A DNA stretch of 64,000 bases from Epiperipatus broadwayi (Eukaryota > Animalia > Onychophora), in NCBI GenBank assembly GCA_028023455.1, contig JAQFVV010000006.1, forward strand, positions 17,174,001 through 17,238,000, given 5' to 3'. Below are positions 14,080 through 27,635 of this stretch, in pieces (the stretch's first letter is position 1; every line of letters starts with the position of its first letter). The notes beneath the pieces are model-generated. The model was given only the letters and a program-made list of their open reading frames with translations, was not told where the DNA came from and ran no database searches. Both the position numbers and the translations under genes were made by a program.

Positions 14080-16000
14080 GGAAATATTAGGTTTACAGAA
14101 AATGAATTGAATGAGGCAGGGAAGAAATTGAAAAGTGGAAAGACAAGATGTTTAGATGGATGGGCAACAAAGATGGTGATGAATATGATGAAATTAAATC
14201 TATTATCATGTTTTGATAAGATGGCTGAAAAGGGAGAATTTTCAGATAACTAGAATAATATAAGAGTAAGACTATTATTTAAAGAAAAGGGTAAGGATCA
14301 TAGAAAGTTAAACAATTATAGACTGATAGCATTAACGTCAGTGTTATATAAAGTTTTTGCATATGTGGGGTCTCAAGGGTGGCAAAATGGATGGAAGAAT
14401 ATAGTATAGTGGAAGAAATACAAAGATAAGTATATAGGATAGTCTATTTGTAGTCACACAACTTACTTATATGAGTAGGAATACATATCGACAGTTATAT
14501 ATGGTCTTTATAGATATATAGAAGGCATATGATAGAGTAAATAGAAATAGATTAGAGGTAAATTTAGTAAATTTGGGAATGAATGGAGCTTTAGTGGACT
14601 TTATTAAGAGATTATGTGAAAATAATTATGATATGTATTAATTAGGAAATATAGAACCAGAGTTAAAAATGGGATGGGATTAAGGCAAGGATGCCCTATG
14701 ACACCTATTTTGAGTAAAGGTACCATTAATAGATGGCAGGGGAATGTATACATTATCAGGTTTTTTTATTTGTTGATGATATCTTTTTGTGTGCAGAGAG
14801 TAGGGAAGATATGGAAGTTATGCTGAAGATATGCATAAAGGTGGGTAAAGAGATGGGGGATTAAATTTAGTGAAGAAAAATCAAAAGTGATGATGATAAA
14901 TGCTGGGGAAAGAGAAGAGAAAGCATTTTTATTGGAAGATATAAAGTTATTAAAACAGGCAAAACTCTCTATATGTATTGTCACTCATGTGATCATGTGA
15001 TGTTTATTGGCTTAAGATATAAAGTTAAATGACTATTTAGGAATTGCCTTAAGTAATCAGAGAAATTGCTTCGATGAATGGGAGAAAAAATTGATAAATG
15101 AAACAAAGAAAATAAAGGGTCTGATAAAAAAAGTAACAGTGTTTTATAAAATAAATACAATGTAGCAAGAATTGTATGGAAGAGAGTGGCAATAGCAGGG
15201 TTAACTTATGGTAATGATGTGTTATGTGTTAATAAAGGGATGTTAAACTGCTTAGAAAAAGTACAAAGAGAGGTAGAAAGATATGCATCAGATGCAGATG
15301 TGTGGACAGCAAAGGAGACAATTCAAGGAAAAATTGGATCATCAAGTTTTTATATGAGAGATACAAAAAGCAAAATGAAAATGTTTGATAGATTGCAATT
15401 TATGGATAGTAAGAGAATAGCCAAAATATTATTTAATTGGGTTATAAGTAAAGGTTAGATAACAAGATGGTTGAGAAAGGTAGGATTGTATACAGAAGAT
15501 TTGGATAAAGGCTTTATGTCAGTATACTTGTACAAAAAATAGGATGATTGTATTAGAAGAATTATTGAGTATCATAGTGTCAAAGAATGGAATAAAAGAA
15601 TAGATGCATTAATAAAAAGTAGGGAAGTGGGGAGATAGAGAACTAGAGTTTAAATATATATAGAAGTAAATAGAATATTGGGTGTGAGTTAATTTTTGAG
15701 AAATAGCAAGGAAAAATCCAGTCACTATTTAACGTTCAAACAGGATCGCTAGCAACATGGGAATTACACATAAATGGAAAAATGGGGGTAATTTAGTCTG
15801 CAAATTATGTGAGGAAGGCATGGAAAATATTAGGCATCTGTTATTTGAATGAAAATGCTTACAAGCAGAAAGGATACAAATAATGAAGTTGTAGGAGAAT
15901 AAAAATAAACAAAGTGATTAAACAGAAAGTAGGTTCTTGGTTTTTATGCTGGATTTGGAAAAAAGATAAGGGGATTTAGATATAAAGACCATAGAGTGAC
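14080..16000 (+). mobile_element. Decayed LINE ORF2 (RT plus C-terminal Cys/His motif), clade uncertain
   Basis: NYRLIALTSVLYKVFA, GLRQGCPMTPIL, VAIAGLTYGNDVLC, CKLCEEGMENIRHLLFE*KC; many stops and frameshifts. Confidence 0.85.
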
Positions 16001-16169
16001 AAAGATAATGTTGTGGAAATGGGATAGAGCAGGATAGAGAAGAATATGGGGGAACTTAGGGTGGGGTATGGAAAGGGAAGGTAAGGTGGCTAACAGGTTT
16101 CTCTGGACACAGTGGCTAAGACATTCCTGACTCCAAGAAAGGAGAAGACATAATGCATCACATTGCATA

Positions 16170-16540
16170 ATGATGGGGAAAGAAAAGAGGAAAAAAATTG
16201 CTTGGGGGATATAAAGTTGAATGTGGTCAATATGTATAACTATTTGGGAATCATCTTCAGTAATCAAAGTAAAAGCTTGGATGAATGGGGGGGCAAATTG
16301 ATAAATGAAGCAAATAAAAGAAAGGGACTGATAAAGAAATTAACAGTGTTTTCATATAATAAATGTGTTGTAGCAAGAATTGTATGGAAGAAAATGGCAT
16401 TAGCAGGGTTAACTTGTGGTAATAATGTATTATGTGATAGTAAAGGGATGCTAGATTACTTAGAAAGAGAATTAGAAAAACATTTATTAATTGCAGATGT
16501 GTGAGACAATTCAAGGAGAAATGGGAACACAGTGAGTGGT
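16170..16540 (+). mobile_element. Second fragment of the same LINE family
   Basis: YLGIIFSNQ...DEWGGKLINE...VARIVWKKMALAGLTCGNNVLC duplicates ~15030-15330. Confidence 0.85.
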
Positions 16541-17927
16541 AGTGAATAGTTGTTATATCTGCAGACAAGTTTCTAATGGAAGAGCTTTAGTCTCTCATTG
16601 AAATTCTTAAGCCGGAAACTAGTCTCAGCATGTAAACACCAACAGGAATTTTATTGAACGCCTATTGATATTAAGTTTATCCTAGATGACTCTGTAGTAA
16701 GTGAATACTGTGAAATAGTGCTCCTAAAACACTGAGTGTAAGAAAAGAAACTCATGTTTAGTTATTTCATTGTTAGTGTTATTGTATATTTTTGCTTAAA
16801 ATGCTAAGCAAGGTGTTTTCCCATGATTTATAATAAAAATACTAAATCTTTTATTCAATACATAATTACTAAATGAACATTTTATTCGTCAAAAACAATT
16901 TACTTTTCTAATTTTTATTTTAAATAGGTGTTTTACTCAAATAGCTCTTTTAGTATGTATTTCTGTCAAACAATGCCTTCTTAAAATTTGAGAATAAACT
17001 TTTGGAATTAAAAATTCAAGTGAAAATTGCATATATGCATCAACCAATAAAAGTTTTGAATGTTTGCTTTTCTGTTATAAATAAGATAATGAAGTCTATA
17101 CTTTAGAAAACAGTAGAGTAATTGAAAAAGTAACAATTTATTGCTATAATTCTGTGAAAAATAAATTATTAATAAATACTAACCATAATTAAAATTAAAA
17201 AGAACCATATTAACCTATTTTTTTTTGTGAAATTACATTAAAAAAAGAAGCTATCAAATTTTTCTATCATGGTTACTCTAAAAAATAGTCCATGCCAAAA
17301 TAAAATTCGAAAATTCCATTAGTGATTTCCTCTCTTGATGAATTACAAATCGAATAACAGAGATAAATGCTATTTGAAAGTCTTTAAATCTAAGAATACA
17401 TTTTTAAAAAAATGTATATGATATTAAACCTTAAGGGCCTTTCCCCTATGATAAAATAGTTTTTATTTACAACAAATTAAAGAAGAATTTGGTTTTATTT
17501 ATTATATTATTGAAAAGAAGGAAAAAGATCGCATAATAAAGTGCAGCAAAAAAAATATTTTTTTTTAAAAAATGTATGATTTTAACTAAAATATATATTT
17601 TTGTTTTTATTTAATGTGTGTGTCCACTTTTCATGCATTATAGATTTTGCATTCACTTAAAATGTATACAATTTCTGGCAGATTAAAAAAAAATACACAA
17701 CTTTACTGTATTATATTGAATTATGTAAAACATTTATGTTTGTCATTAAATTGATTCTTAAGTTTAAACTTTTTTTTTTTTTTTAAAAAAAAGTTCACGT
17801 TTAGATATGGTAACAAAAATGAAATTTTTTTTATCTTAAAAGCTATTATAGTTTTTTTTTTAAAATACAATCATTCAATGTACAAATAATTTTGGGAAAC
17901 ATATAATGTTTACTTTTAAATGTAAAG

Positions 17928-18040
17928 TTTTTTTCCCCCATATGTCATAGCATTGGCCGGGAAGCGAACCCGCAACAACCGTCTGCAACCAACTGCTTGC
18001 TTGCACAGCTGCGATGACCTCTCAGCTAACAATGCTTGAC
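17928..18040 (-). mobile_element. tRNA-Gly-derived short SINE
   Basis: Same head (gtcaagcattg), B box GGGTTCGCTTCCC and TGACATATGGGGGA tail as the 11490 copy; ~13-nt insert in the anticodon arm. Confidence 0.85.
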
Positions 18041-18268
18041 GAATAAAGTTATATTACAATTAGAACTATTTGCAATATTGCCAATGGTGAATATTAATTG
18101 GCCATCAGGTTATTTACACGTCTATTGATGTGTTTAGAAATATTTAGTGTAAATTAGAGGCATATCTATTAAAATTTTTTCTTTATGTACTATTTTATTT
18201 CTTAATACTTTTTATATATTTTGCATAATTACTTTTTAATTTGTTAATTTTTTTTTTTTTTTTTACAG

Positions 18269-18304
18269 GCAAGTTCCCATTCAAGCTCAGGTGGCGGGTA
18301 CATA
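18269..18304 (+). CDS. Candidate 36-nt micro-exon
   Basis: Long poly-T then acag|GCAAGTTCCCATTCAAGCTCAGGTGGCGGGTACATA|gtaagt. GC-rich relative to flanks, open in all three frames, length a multiple of 3. Confidence 0.5.
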
Positions 18305-20280
18305 GTAAGTATAATAAAAATTAAGTTAGTTTTTAAAAATTGAAGGATGGTACTTTATAATAAACATGACATGGAGTTTTGTTTGATGCTTTAAATGATG
18401 ATTTAAATTTGGAATAACATGGATTAGTTTAATTTCAATTGAAATTTACTTTATAACAAAATTCATAATCATTTCTAGGAGAAATAATTTGATTGGCTAC
18501 ATTTAATTAATACATGCACAAAATTATTTTTATGTAGTATGCAATTTGCTGCTGAAAATAGACATATCACGTGTGTACATACACAGAAAATAATGCTTGC
18601 CACTAAAAAGAAAACAAGTGAAATAGTTTGGTGACATAGAATAAAAATCCTCTGGGCTGTGAACTTTTAATTAATTGTTCAAACAGTTAAGGAAGGCGGT
18701 CTGTGCTAACGAGTAAAGTTCTATAGCTTATAGTTTATCTGCTAACTTTATAGCAATTGGTTGGACTGCTGAGTAGCTATCAATCTTTTAATTTTGCATA
18801 AAATTTTAATATGAATATTCCCTTTCCTCCCTGAAGACCATATATACATATATAATTGTATATTTGATTACAATCATTGCATCAACTCTAATCAGATCAC
18901 TTTAGAATAGGGTAGGGCTTAATAGTTAGAGTCTGTTTCCTGACCACAGTTGTTCTACGAATTACACTGTATGTGATTTCAATTATATGCTATCCAAAGT
19001 AAAATGTAAACAAACAAACAAAAAAATATATAAATCAACAACAGCAACCCCCCCCCTATTAAAAATCGCAAATTTTGATATTTGATGGCCATTTTTCTTT
19101 TCTGAGCTTAGTGCACAAATTATATATATTAATAAAATATCTTCGACTTATGTTGAAAGCACATATATTTTAATCTTCCTTTATTATCCTTTTGAAATTC
19201 ATAAATGTATTTTACTTAATAAAAAAAAAATATTCATAAACATTAACATAATTGGGGAGATGGGAATTTCTTGTAAAAGAGATGAATCTCTTGTTCTATT
19301 AGAAAGAAAAAGTTCCTGGAAAAAAAGAAAAGCAAATATTTCCCAGAGCATATTTTCCTATTTATTTTATTTTTATAAAATAAATAATAATTATATTAAT
19401 TTTTTAAAAATTTGTTTATACTACAATTTTGATTTATATATACATATAAATAACATTTGTGTTGTATATGTGTGTGTTTTGAAAAAGAATGCAATTCAAT
19501 AAACTGTACATCTTCCATTCTAATCATAGTTTAGAAACAAAAGATGAGCTATTAAAAACTATTTCCTTTGAATGCAAGGGGGGCTTAGAACAAAATATAG
19601 CATAGTTTACAGCTTTAGTCTACTCTTAAATAAATTAATATGTGGGATATGTAATTAGTATATATTTGTTGATGCCTTTTATATTCCTTTGCACTTCAGG
19701 AGTCTGATTTGGCAAAGATACTATTGGTTGTGTTAAAAAAAAATTTACTGTTTAAAATTTGGGCTAGTCTTGTTTAATTTTGATTTTTGTTTAGATATGT
19801 ATAGGTGCAACTAATTGAATTTTATATAATTCTAAAAGTGCCATGTTAAAATAAATTATGTTCAGAACGACAGCCAATGGCACTACCATGTGATGATGAT
19901 CAAGTATTATAATTTGGTTGTAATACTCTTTTGCCTAGTTATTACAATCTGCCTAAGAAAGCAAACATACTCAAAAATGAAAATATGAATTAAAATATGT
20001 AAAAATAAGAAAACAAAAATTTTGAAAAATGTTTATATAGAGATAAGGGTTGTTGTGCACTTTGTCCAATGTGGCCATTCGATGGCATTGTTGCTTGCAA
20101 AAATAATGAAATGTAACATTACCCGGCCATTGTTTGCTTTCTGTTCTTTAACAATTTTTCAAAATATTTTAAAAAAATTTACGAACCAACATTATTTTTA
20201 ATTACATTATACATTTCAGTGCGTACCACGATTTACGAACTAACATTATTTTCTAAATTACAATTTATACATACATTATG

Positions 20281-20500
20281 CATTTCAGCATGTATATGCA
20301 GGGAGGGGGTCCCATGGTTTTGCTGATCCAATTCATGCAGTCATATGAGCAAATGAAGCTTTCAGCATGTAGTGCTGGAATGTGCGGGGGAGGGGAGATG
20401 GTTTTGCCAATCCAAAGGATCAGCCAATACATGCGCTAGTCTGAGCAAACAAACCTTTCAGCGTGTAATGCTGTGGGGGGGGGGAATGATGGTTTTGCTA
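20281..20500 (+). repeat. Three diverged GC-rich tandem units (~78-96 bp)
   Basis: tttcagc.tgt..tgc..G-run..atggttttgc recurs at ~20283, ~20360 and ~20456. Confidence 0.7.
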
Positions 20501-20519
20501 CAAACAGACATATTATTAC

Positions 20520-20870
20520 ACTCGTAGCTGTTCTCCCGCAAATATGCATTTTCGCGTAACTTATGTGAAATAGTTTGGGACCTACACTTTTGCAATTTTT
20601 TTCACCTTATGAGATGTGTAGGGAAACATGGCAACAGGCTTACAATTATTAGTATGTAATAATACATCAGGTAAGTTTTAAGATCGTAACTTCGAAGGCA
20701 CATTAAAACACTTATGGCCAGTTGAATTCCATACACCCTTACATCATATGGTAGCAATCTGTGAAGTGTGCACCATTTCCATAGTGATTACAAGCACATC
20801 AGCATATTTGTGTGCAACGCTATCTAGGCCTGCTAACAGCTAATATGAACAGAACTGTTCTATTGGCTGT
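20520..20870 (-). mobile_element. Possible Helitron helicase relic
   Basis: Weak, frameshifted order of motifs (..FP..QT..LREN..FAGEQLRV, resembling CFSHGQLYV). Similarity is marginal. Confidence 0.2.
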
Positions 20871-22845
20871 AACTTGGGCTTTCATCAAAATATTTAGATA
20901 TTGAATTGGGTTCAGATCTTTATGACCATTCAAACAAATTAGCTTGGATTGAAAACATTATTACATTTTCATCTTGGGCTCATAGCTTTAACCAAATAGA
21001 TAAAAGATGACTGTCGGAGGGTTGTAATAGATCCTAAGATCTGGATGCAATGTTCTCAAAGACCAAAGACACATCACTGATCAAAACCACAAGATAGAAA
21101 CTAGTCCGGAGATAATGGATGAGTAGATACTAGATATGGACTTTATGCACAAATCTTGCATCCATTGACTGCGAAGGCTTGCACTGGATGACTCTGTTGT
21201 GTGGAGAGTTTGCTTTTGTTTTATTATTCAGTGTAATGAGATTTTAAAAATCTACAAATAGACAGTTAATTGATAAGAACAATAACATTTAGTAAAATTC
21301 AGCTTTATTTAAATTCAAGTTTGCTTCTTATTTAAATCAAAACTTTTCATACCCATATATGAACATTTTATGCTCTTTTTTGTTAGTGTTTTATTGGAAG
21401 AGTGGAGGTAGCGATTTATTTCTTTATTATAGCATATAAGGCATATTCTATAAATTTATTTCGATTAGTAAACAGGTAAAGATATGAAGATGTGGGCCAA
21501 TCTGTTTGTATAACTCGACTCTTCTCTATAATTTGTATTCAAGTACTTTATATTTAAATCTATACTACTTAAAATTTTCCCACATTGCTATAGACTTATT
21601 CAAGTTTTCACTTGTGTGATAACATCTTTTTAAGTCACATTCTCATGCAATTAATATCTTTTTCATGCATTTTTTCTTTAGTGGAATATCTCAAATGTTC
21701 ATTATTATAAATTGCAGCTTCAACATAGACAATACACAGACATAAAGATTTATGTTGTGCACGTATGTATAGTAAAACGTAATATTTTATATGTAATGAC
21801 TTAAATATATATTAATTGTATTGTCTTCATTCAACATTTAAAGCATCATCCATTTACATGAGTTTTAGCTCATTTCTATTAACAATTAATTTTTTTAATT
21901 CTTGTAATAAAATAATAGTTTATTTAACTTTATTTACTATCAAAAACAAGATTTATATTTGCAAAAAAAAAAAAAAAAGGATGTTTACTTATATATATGT
22001 ATTTTTTAAAATCCATTTACATACTTGTGTTGATCACGTACACATATGCATCCAGGTAAACATAAATCAAATTTTCTCCACCTTTTATAATGATCTTTTA
22101 GGAAATATTTTTATCAAACGCCCACTTATAGACAAGAATTTATTAAGGATGTCATTACATTTTATTTTATTTTTTAATTGAAAGTTTTTTCCTTTATTTT
22201 GATTAGTATTAAATTGTTTATTGCCACTTTTAAAATTGATGATGACGATTATTTTAATTACTGTGGGAAAACTTATTTTTCTAATACTGTAAAACCTTCT
22301 TTCTATGACTTTTATATATATATCATATTTGGCTCGTATTGATTTTTTCTCAGAAAAACTACGCTGACGGAATCTAAGTTTTACTGATGAGATTAGATCA
22401 CCAAGCTAGTATTCATTTTATTATATATGCTTTTCGTATAACCTATAGGAATAACAGTGATGCTAAAATAGAAATATTTAACCCCCACCCCCCTCAATGC
22501 TCATTTTAATTCCATGCTATAATTTAATTCTACAGTAATTATGTAATTTAGTGCCAGTCAAGGCAGCGGTTTGCAAATAAAGATAAAAGGTTGCTAAAAA
22601 TTCCCCGATTCTGATTCCAGTCTTCCATTCTATAATTTCTATAATAACCTTTTATTTAGTACCTACAACTACAGTTCACTTTTAAAAGAAGATTACAACA
22701 ATTGGGAGAAGAGTTGGGACATTGTTTGTCTTCTAAGTGAAGTTAGTAAAAAAAATATAAAGAAAACAATTGATTTGAAAGTTGGACATGTACTTTACTG
22801 CAAAAATGCAGGGAAATTCATTGATGTTAATATATCAGATTGTTT

Positions 22846-23290
22846 ATTATTTAGCATATGGTATCAGCATATCAAAATTCAATATCAATAATTATTAACC
22901 AATCAAGAACAGTTTGTTTCAGATTATGTAGAGCAAAGAGGCCAACAAAGCCTGATAAATACTCCTTGTAAACATAAACCATGGTTGGCAAGTCTCCCAA
23001 ACTCACAGTTTGGAGAGATATAAATCCCCACTTATGTAACATATAACCACAATTATTCTTGTTTATTCTGATTCTGTTAATCTTCATCCAGTTTTTTTGG
23101 AAGGAGAATTCTACCAGGTAATTGGATAGTAGGATCATTTATTAGGGTGTGATTATTAATAGTTGGAGTTGTTCCAGTCACAAGATCACATGCTGTTATA
23201 TCCAATGTGAGTGGCTGTTGAAAATTACCAGTAAGCCAAAAAGGGTTACTTTGATTTTAGCCTGCAATTTTTGGGGATTGATCAGAATGA
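22846..23290 (-). mobile_element. Vingi/Ingi-like LINE 3' end
   Basis: DPTIQLPG / W..INRIR.NKNNCGYMLHKWG...PNCEFG / WL..IDI and a ccatatgctaaataataa tail. Clade assignment from recalled motifs. Confidence 0.6.
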
Positions 23291-23439
23291 GATTAATGGG
23301 ATGATTAAGTAGCTCGTGAAGATCAGTTATTCAAATTAATGGAAGATACCAAATGCAGATAATTCAGGTTTATATCTCTGCAAGATCTCATTGAGATTAA
23401 GAAACATGCAATTTGTATATAAATGTAAAAAATACTTTT

Positions 23440-23620
23440 GGTAAGATTAAGCAATATTTTAAAATCGTTCTGGGACACTTTAATGTTAGAATTGGTAAAT
23501 GATTGAAAGATGAAAAAAGTATGAATACATTTGATTATGGTGACAGAAATGAGAGAGGACACAGATTTAGGCAGTTTGCAGAAAAAGAAAGCAATGTATG
23601 GAAATGGACCAGTCTTTATT
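23440..23620 (+). mobile_element. RTE-like endonuclease relic
   Basis: LGHFNVRIGK*..DEKSMNTFDYGDRNERGHRFRQFA matches the GDFNAKIG..YG.RNERG motif. Confidence 0.75.
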
Positions 23621-24357
23621 TTTCATGGATATATCACTACTACTGTCTACTTAATCATTTTTGGGCACTAAATTTATCTTCATTTACAAACATCATTTTC
23701 TAGCAATACCATTGTCTTTCAAACATCGCTTTGGGGATAATGTTGCACACCTCACATGATTACGCAGTCATATCATTAAAGTTGTTTACTTCTGTTGACC
23801 ATTCCTGGTAGAGTGCCTAATTTTATATTTTAACATTTTTTTTAACAGAGAATTTTAGACTTTCTTTCAGTGAAGAAAGTTTTTCTATATGCTATTTGAG
23901 TGGTAAATAATTTCTTGTGATAATAGAATCTAAGTAGTTTTGGTGGCAAGTCTATGTCATGTTAATGATAAAGGTGTTTTAAATTTGAATTCAGCAATGC
24001 AACATTTTTTGAAAGCATTCATTTGATGATATTGTCTTCAGATAAATAAATCTGTTAATGGTTACTAATCATTTATTAAATTAGAGATTAATTAATTTTT
24101 AGCCTAAATATAAACTTTAAGCGTAATTAAAGATTTATGGATCCCTTGTTAAATACAACTTCGATATTATTTATTTAACTCTTCACTCTTTTTCTCTTTA
24201 TACACGAGCCATAAAATTTTCAAATTCCCCATATCCTGTAAAATGGATGGCTAAAGGAATATAAAAAAGTCAACCAATTTCTACAATATACTTCTGGCTG
24301 AACTTGATTTTGTCAATAGTCTAGATTAAATCACATGATCTTATCTTGACTCATCAC

Positions 24358-24475
24358 TTTTTTCTTTTTCCATATGTCATAGCATCGACCGGGAGGCGAA
24401 CCCGCAACAACCATCTGCAACCAACTGTTTGCTTGCAAGGTGGCTGTGCTGACCTCTCAACTAACAATGCTTGAC
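24358..24475 (-). mobile_element. tRNA-Gly-derived short SINE
   Basis: Near-copy of 17928-18040. Confidence 0.85.
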
Positions 24476-24829
24476 TGACTTTTTTATGTCATAGCTTCCG
24501 CTGAAAACTTGGATTAACCATTCACAATCCATATTATTCAATATAACAACATTGTTGGTTATGAAGTAATTTTTCATTAATTCAAAATGTTGCTCTAACA
24601 TTCAGTGACTATTTCCAATATATGTATAAAAAAAGAAATAGGATTTTTTTTAAAAAAAAAAACATTGTTGTGTTTTACTTTCAATAACAATTTATTTGCA
24701 TTCCATTTAGGTCTAATTCTATGTACATAAACAACTACAACTGAAATCAATTTCAACTTATGAGTTTTGTACAAGTAAAAAGTGACTGAATTAGTCTATC
24801 GATTAACCAATTCATAAAATTAAGATTCA

Positions 24830-25280
24830 GTAGAGCTGAATCCTTTGAGTAGAGTTCAATCAAGTTTTGATCTGGGATAGGGTCATTGGAGCACATGGAT
24901 TTAGGCTTTCTGTAGGGTACAGACGGTTGAGATCGGTACGGTGGTGTGACTAAAGTCTAAACTGTCCCCATGTCTGGTCCACCAACCAGGGTTGACCAGT
25001 GCGTTTATCATCCTCTTTAATTTTACACAGGGTATTGAAGAAGAGTTTATCAATGGAGTCGTCATAACCTTTATTGAATGTGATTCTACAGCTGACTAAC
25101 CAGATTGAAAAGTTTATAAACGTCGCAAGATGTATCAATGCAATGTTTCTTTTTTCGAATGCTGGCTTGAGCATGATGCAGGCAGGGTCTGAATTGGTGG
25201 TTCTATTCAGTAATGTATTACCAAGGGAAGGTGGAGAAGGGGGGCATAATCTTAATCCTGAGCATTATTTTGGATAAGTA
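24830..25280 (-). mobile_element. L1/Tx1-like LINE 3' fragment
   Basis: IALIHLATFINFSIWLVSCRITFNK aligns with FAIIRSVTFITFCLWFVKCILIFKS at 46760-47008. Confidence 0.55.
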
Positions 25281-26448
25281 TTACAACTTTTTAAAATAAT
25301 ATTTAAGCAATATATTTCTTTTTTTCCCCTTCACATTATTAAATTAAATAAATCATTAAAAGAATTTACTATTATATTTGCATGAAATAATTATTTCTAC
25401 ACACACACACACACATGTGAACACCCTTGCACACATTTATATACACGCATTTCGAATAGTATGCATACTTTTATATAATGTTTTGGAATGATGATTTTCA
25501 AGTTCAGATATAGTTAAATCTAATTTAAGTAGGTAACAGTGCATTTATTTCTATCTTGACAATATCGGAAACAAATTTAGGTAATGATAAAAGAGCTGAT
25601 ATCGAAATTGATTAAGATGTTTACACAGCCTTAATCAATATGACCATAATGTATATTCATAAGGTATATTCATTGAAATGTTAAACAAATGTAACTATAG
25701 ACAGATCTTGGAAAGTCATATTCCAGAACGTGTTTATTTATTGAGAGCTGCGTAATTCTAATATTATTTATTATATATTTACAAAGCATATACGCAGTTT
25801 TGATTTTAAATAATTTTGTATATCAAAATTTAATCCCTTGTTAAATCACTTTAATCCATTGTCATGTTATGCTATTTATTAAGAATGTGTTTCAGTTAAT
25901 ATTATATGCAAATAATTTTAATTATTATTTTATGTTTATTTTTTCTATACAAATGTTTTAATAAATTAATTTTTTTTTTATTTCAGAATATTATATGCAT
26001 ATTTATTTATTTTCTATAAAATATATTCGTGCAATTGGAGGAAATGTTTAGCAACTACAATCCTTTATAGATGTTTATTTCATTTTTGTTTGCCATTACA
26101 ACTTTTCTTTTGTATAAATCGTACTACTTTAAGTTAGAAATTCACACAACTTTATATTCTTTTTATTATATATAATACTACTATGAATGATTTTCCTATA
26201 TTTCGGAATACTTAACATTTTAATAATAGAAATTTTATAGATTGAAAAATGTATTTGTTGATTGAAAATATATGACTTTTAAAATACAAATAAATGAGCC
26301 CTTCTCTTAATCGATACATTTTTTATAATCTATCTCCTATATTTTGACTCTTTAGTAGTACTTTTCAAGTATGTAAAGGGTTATTTTAGTCTTTTTACAA
26401 GATACAATTTTATAACAAAATTGTTTAAATGCAATTATCTAGTATATA

Positions 26449-27274
26449 TGAGGGATACTCCAAAAAAATTGGAATTTTGTAACAAAAAAAATTATGTATT
26501 TATTTTTAGGTGTTACAAATTTAATCTTCAAAATACTGTTCATTTGATGTAATGCATTAGTCTAAATGTGTTTTCTGCTTCTCAAAGCAGTGCCGAAACC
26601 TTTGCAAAGTGATGCTTTTTAATGCTTCCTTGGTTTCCACCACTTCAAAGTCCTCAAAACTTTTTTTTAAGGCATTTTTTTTTAATTCAGGGAATAAAAG
26701 GAAGTTACATAGATTTTGAGTGGGTGGTTATTGTGGATGAATATGCTAACATCAGCTGTTTCTGCTTAAAAAATATTTTGCATTCAAGGTTTTGCATTGT
26801 CGTAGTGAAGTGTGCACTCCAACTTTGCCACAAATTGGGATGTTTATGTTTTACCACACCACACAAATGTTTCAGAACGTGTAGTTAAAACACCTAACTT
26901 AATTACACACAAATTGTGAATGAATCATTTGTGTAAACAAAAAGTCACCATCATCTTAAATTCATTCGCTGCATTTTTTTTGGGATGTTGCGTAAATTAG
27001 TGTTCTCCCCAGAACTGTTTTAAGAATTACAATCATTTTCTCTAACAAAAAACAGAATTTGACTTCCAGCTTTTCAACCATCAGTAAAATAGACAAATAA
27101 GTGAGATACAATTAACAAAAAAAAAAATCATTATGCCACACTACAACACCGATGAAACTAGACAGCAGAATGGTGGAGGAGGGTATCACAATAGGTATCT
27201 AGTGGCAAAGCATGTTCTTTAATGTGATTGCCTACTGGGGAATGATTTCAGCTTTTTTAGGAAGTACTCCCTCA
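26449..27274 (-). mobile_element. Internally deleted mariner element
   Basis: TA|TGAGGG..TACT / AGTACTCCCTCA|TA termini. Minus strand gives LHYDNAKP, F.LFP.LK and YFED C-terminal mariner motifs. Confidence 0.85.
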
Positions 27275-27635
27275 TATAAATAGATTCATAATATATAATA
27301 TTGATCAACTTTAAGGGGGGGAAAAATGATAACAGTAATCTTATAAGATTAAATAAAATTTATCAAACTAATTTTCATTTCTAATAGAAACTTTGTTAAG
27401 ATGTCTATTTCTAATTATTACATGACAAATTATTTTTTAGCATCTTCTTTTAGTAGTCATCTTTAAATATATAATACCAAAAATAAAATGATTTGAATTA
27501 AGAATAAATGCGCTTATTATTTTTTATTGTATAAATCAAATCTGTGCAAATATTTTAACATCTTATTTATATACATAATAAATAATATTTTAAAATATTA
27601 AAAATAATGTATTTATAGAACATTATATATATATA

